This document shows positions 7,552 to 10,068 of a stretch of DNA of 10,068 nt, piece by piece. Position 1 is the first letter of the stretch. Each line of letters starts with the position of its first letter. The translations under genes and the position numbers were made by a program. Under the pieces are notes generated by a model. The model was not told the DNA's origin. It searched no databases and saw only the letters and a program-made list of their open reading frames with translations. Source of the DNA: Calditrichia bacterium (GTDB taxonomy: Bacteria; Calditrichota; Calditrichia; RBG-13-44-9); the NCBI GenBank assembly GCA_037381445.1, contig JARRQT010000068.1, forward strand, positions 16,293 through 26,360. Reading direction: 5' to 3'.

Positions 7552-7854
7552 ATGCCTGAACATCCCCTCAACACCATCATGAAACTGGACCCGGAGTTCA
7601 TGGATCATTTCAAAGCCGGCGAAGCGCTCGCCTTTTCCGATGGCGCTTTGCCCGCAAAATTCAAATACCTGATAGCCATGGCGTTCGATGCCGCCCATGG
7701 CGCGGTGAATGGAGTCATGGCCCTGGCCCGCTCGGCGATGCGGGAAGGTGCCACAAAAGAGGAGATTGCCGAAACCCTGCGGGTCGCCGCCCACCTGAGC
7801 GGTGTGGGCAGCCTTTATATCGCCTCCCAGGGACTGAAAGATATTTTGAAGTGA
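7552..7854 (+). CDS. Carboxymuconolactone decarboxylase (CMD)/AhpD-fold family protein, cysteine-free
   Basis: 100 aa with strong SD AGGAGGTG (7540-7547). CMD signatures DGALPAKFKYLIAMA and AMREGATKEEIAETL. No Cys residues. Confidence 0.88.
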   Translation: MPEHPLNTIMKLDPEFMDHFKAGEALAFSDGALPAKFKYLIAMAFDAAHGAVNGVMALARSAMREGATKEEIAETLRVAAHLSGVGSLYIASQGLKDILK

Positions 7855-7863
7855 TTTGAAATT

Positions 7864-7903
7864 CCGCGCGCTGAAAAGGATCTGAAAAACTTTTCAGGAG
7901 CGG
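7864..7903 (+). other. Hairpin just after the CMD stop codon
   Basis: CTGAAAAG (7871-7878) / CTTTTCAG (7890-7897) is a perfect 8-bp inverted repeat, extendable by CCGC (7864-7867) / GCGG (7900-7903). Confidence 0.45.
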
Positions 7904-7919
7904 CGTATTTCCGTAATAG

Positions 7920-7949
7920 AAAAAGGGAAGCTGAAAGCAGCCTCCCTTT
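7920..7949 (-). terminator. Rho-independent terminator of the pstS-porin unit (may also act weakly on +)
   Basis: On the - strand it reads AAAGGGAGGCTG-CTTT-CAGCTTCCCTTTTT. The single imperfect pair is G.U on - (A.C on +), and the stem ends in a U5 run. Confidence 0.8.
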
Positions 7950-8013
7950 AATGGGACAAAGAATTTTGAATCCGCCTTTTCCGGCTAAAAATTTCATGCT
8001 CGCCGGAATAGAA

Positions 8014-9222
8014 TCAAAATGCTACCTGCAGGGTTACCTGGAATTGGTCTTCAGCAGGAATATAATCGGCGGTGTGACTGACACGCTGGTAATCCACCAG
8101 CCAGGTATTCCCTTTATACATTTCATACGCCACGCCGGCAATGACCCGTTTCTGGACATCGTTGGAGCTTATATCCGTGTTGTTGTCAAAATAGTCATAG
8201 CGGCCGACAACGCTGATCCGGTTTGCTTCCCAGAAGTGCACCGCGCCGAAGAAAGAATACCCCCGCTGTTCCCTGGCTTTTCCATCATAAATGGCCGATC
8301 CGGACTGGTTGCCTCTCCCGCGGTAATACTGGGCGGTCCCTGTGAACTGGGGCATCTGGTAAGAAAGCATCCCGTCAAATACCGTCCAGTCGGGAATGGG
8401 CCTTTCCGCAGTAGCGGCCACATTTCCTTTACCGGTCATTCCCAAAGCGCTGACCTGCAGCCCGGGAAGCACATCAGGCAGGGGACGGATAGTCAGACGA
8501 CCTCCTATGACCTTGTTCAGGTTTTTTTCGGCCGCGTGATAACCGCTTCCGTCATAAATTCCGGCCTGCCAGGTTCCGTAACGCCCCGCATAATGGCTGT
8601 TCACCTTTTTGCGGTATGATGCATCCATTTTGCCGCCCAGGTCAGAACCGACCATAACACCCATATCGGCGCTGTTGAATATGCCGCTGCGCTCCAGGAA
8701 CATGGTTCCCTGCATACGAAAACCATTTATACTCTCCTCAAAATCCAGCCAGGGGTTATGCACTTGTCCGAATTCCATACCCAGATCGGTAATAAAAGAT
8801 GTGCCTTTCCAACTGAATTTACCGTAGATATATTTTATCCGGGTTTTCCAGTCGCCGAATTCATCCCGGGTGATATCGGTTGTATACCGTCCCATTAGAT
8901 AGGGAGTAATCGTTTTCTGTACGTCCAGGTAACCGCGTTTTAGAACAAAGTGGCTGTATGGGGTCGTTTTATCCGGTGTGCCGGTATATTCTTTCCCGTT
9001 CTGATAAGAAATATAGAACAGTCCGCCAACCTTCAAACCCTTAAGCGATTCCGGCAATAGGGATTGCACGGACTGGAACTCCTGCGATGCCTGCACGCCA
9101 GCCTGTGCAGCGCCGGCGGTGCTGGTATTCTGCCCCTGGTCGGCAGACGGCGTCTGGGCATACAGGCCGAATCCCCAGATTAATAATCCCACAAGACTGA
9201 TTTTTGCTAATACTGCTCGCAT
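8014..9222 (-). CDS. Predicted outer-membrane beta-barrel porin, candidate phosphate-selective porin
   Basis: Start moved from the track's 9267 to ATG 9222 because of SD-like AGGGAG (9236-9231) and a signal peptide MRAVLAKISLVGLLIWGFGLYA|Q, giving 402 aa. It has many amphipathic aromatic-rich beta-strands (LKVGGLFYISY, VVGRYDYFD, VIAGVAYEM) and a C-terminal beta-signal ending in Phe (QFQVTLQVAF). Phosphate specificity is inferred only from adjacency to pstS. Confidence 0.8.
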   Translation of the reverse strand: MRAVLAKISLVGLLIWGFGLYAQTPSADQGQNTSTAGAAQAGVQASQEFQSVQSLLPESLKGLKVGGLFYISYQNGKEYTGTPDKTTPYSHFVLKRGYLDVQKTITPYLMGRYTTDITRDEFGDWKTRIKYIYGKFSWKGTSFITDLGMEFGQVHNPWLDFEESINGFRMQGTMFLERSGIFNSADMGVMVGSDLGGKMDASYRKKVNSHYAGRYGTWQAGIYDGSGYHAAEKNLNKVIGGRLTIRPLPDVLPGLQVSALGMTGKGNVAATAERPIPDWTVFDGMLSYQMPQFTGTAQYYRGRGNQSGSAIYDGKAREQRGYSFFGAVHFWEANRISVVGRYDYFDNNTDISSNDVQKRVIAGVAYEMYKGNTWLVDYQRVSHTADYIPAEDQFQVTLQVAF

Positions 9223-9308
9223 TTGAATCTCTCCCTTTACATTCTTTATTAAGTTGATGAATAGCATTATTATTTGCCTTCCAATTAAAGCCTGAGCCGA
9301 AGTTTTGG

Positions 9309-10068
9309 CTATTTCCAGACGGATTCATTACCCGCATGAATTTCTTTGGTCCAGGTGTTTTCAACCAGTTGGACCACATTGTCCGGCATCGGTACGTAAT
9401 CGAGTCTTTCGGCACTCTGCCGGCCGTTGTGATAGCACCAGTCGAAGAAATTGAGCACGGTTTTCGCTTTTTCCATATTGGTCTGGTTTTTATAAAAGAG
9501 AATGAAGGAAGCGCCGGTAATCGGCCAGCTGGTTTCTCCGGGTTGATCTGTCAGCACCAGGTAGAAACCGGGGGCGTTCTTCCAGTCGGCGTTGGCAGCA
9601 GCGGCAGAGAAAGTCTCCATGGTGGGCGCCACATATTTTCCGGCTTTGTTCTGCAGCAGCGCGTAGGTCATGCTGTTCTGAAGGGCATAGGCATACTCAA
9701 CATAGCCGATCGAACCATCGATGCGCTGCACATAGGCGGCCACGCCCTGGTTACCCTTGCCTCCCACCCCGGTGGGCCAGGCCACGGATTTATCGCTTCC
9801 CACTTTGGCGTGCCATTCGGCGGAGATTTTATCCAGGTAGTTGGTGAAGATCCAGGTGGTGCCTGAGCCGTCAGAACGATGAACGACCGTGATGGTTTTT
9901 CCGGGAAGGGTAAGTCCTGCGTTTTCCTTCTGAATGGCCGGATCGTTCCACTTTGTGATTTTTCCCAGAAAAATGTCGGCCAGCAGGGTCGGGCTCAGTT
10001 TGAGCTTGCCGGCTTCCACACCCTTAATATTTACAACCGGGACCACGCCGCCCATAATCATGGGCCAC
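9309..10068 (-). CDS. pstS: Phosphate ABC transporter substrate-binding protein PstS (5' part outside the window)
   Basis: The frame is open to the edge (..WPMIMGGVVPVVN). PstS motifs: IFLGKITKWNDPAI, VVHRSDGSGTTWIFTNYL, WPTGVGGKGNQGVA, GSIGYVEYAYA, SWPITGASFIL, LDYVPMP. Stop TAG at 9311-9309. Confidence 0.96.
   Translation of the reverse strand, partial: WPMIMGGVVPVVNIKGVEAGKLKLSPTLLADIFLGKITKWNDPAIQKENAGLTLPGKTITVVHRSDGSGTTWIFTNYLDKISAEWHAKVGSDKSVAWPTGVGGKGNQGVAAYVQRIDGSIGYVEYAYALQNSMTYALLQNKAGKYVAPTMETFSAAAANADWKNAPGFYLVLTDQPGETSWPITGASFILFYKNQTNMEKAKTVLNFFDWCYHNGRQSAERLDYVPMPDNVVQLVENTWTKEIHAGNESVWK

Noticed and set aside
7951..8619. 222-aa + strand ORF opposite the porin
   Set aside because: It lies antisense to a coherent beta-barrel gene, starts beside a terminator and shows no domain features.
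9223..9308. Pho box between pstS and the porin, and the longer porin start at 9267
   Set aside because: Only degenerate AT-rich half-sites without a convincing 11-bp repeat are present. ATG 9222 has the SD and signal peptide.
9336..9866. 176-aa + strand ORF opposite pstS
   Set aside because: Antisense shadow of a highly conserved gene.
1..10068. CRISPR array, IS element, tRNA/rRNA, selenoprotein recoding or frameshifted genes
   Set aside because: I saw no regularly spaced repeats, transposase motifs or cloverleafs. The main ORFs are uninterrupted and the redoxin uses Cys codons (TGC) at both CxxC positions.

Overview
Mostly housekeeping bacterial chromosome from a Gram-negative organism with roughly balanced GC. 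Affiliation with the FCB group (e.g. Calditrichota-like) is inferred from the style of SucA/SucB plus clear Shine-Dalgarno use, and is not proven. The + strand carries sucA-sucB (2-oxoglutarate dehydrogenase E1/E2) closed by an intrinsic terminator, a secreted PA-domain M28 metallopeptidase, a lipoprotein with a helical N-terminal region and a C-terminal TlpA-like WCGPC thioredoxin domain, and a small cysteine-free CMD/AhpD-fold protein. Converging on the - strand is a 5'-truncated pstS followed directly by a predicted outer-membrane beta-barrel porin and a terminator, with no pstCAB downstream. I see no mobile element, CRISPR array, tRNA or rRNA, and no clearly new system. The best leads are the pstS-porin pair (candidate phosphate porin), a 63-nt G.U-rich hairpin with an alternative pairing at 7286-7362, the Cys-less CMD protein, and a frame-independent recurrence of the palindrome TTCCGGAA.
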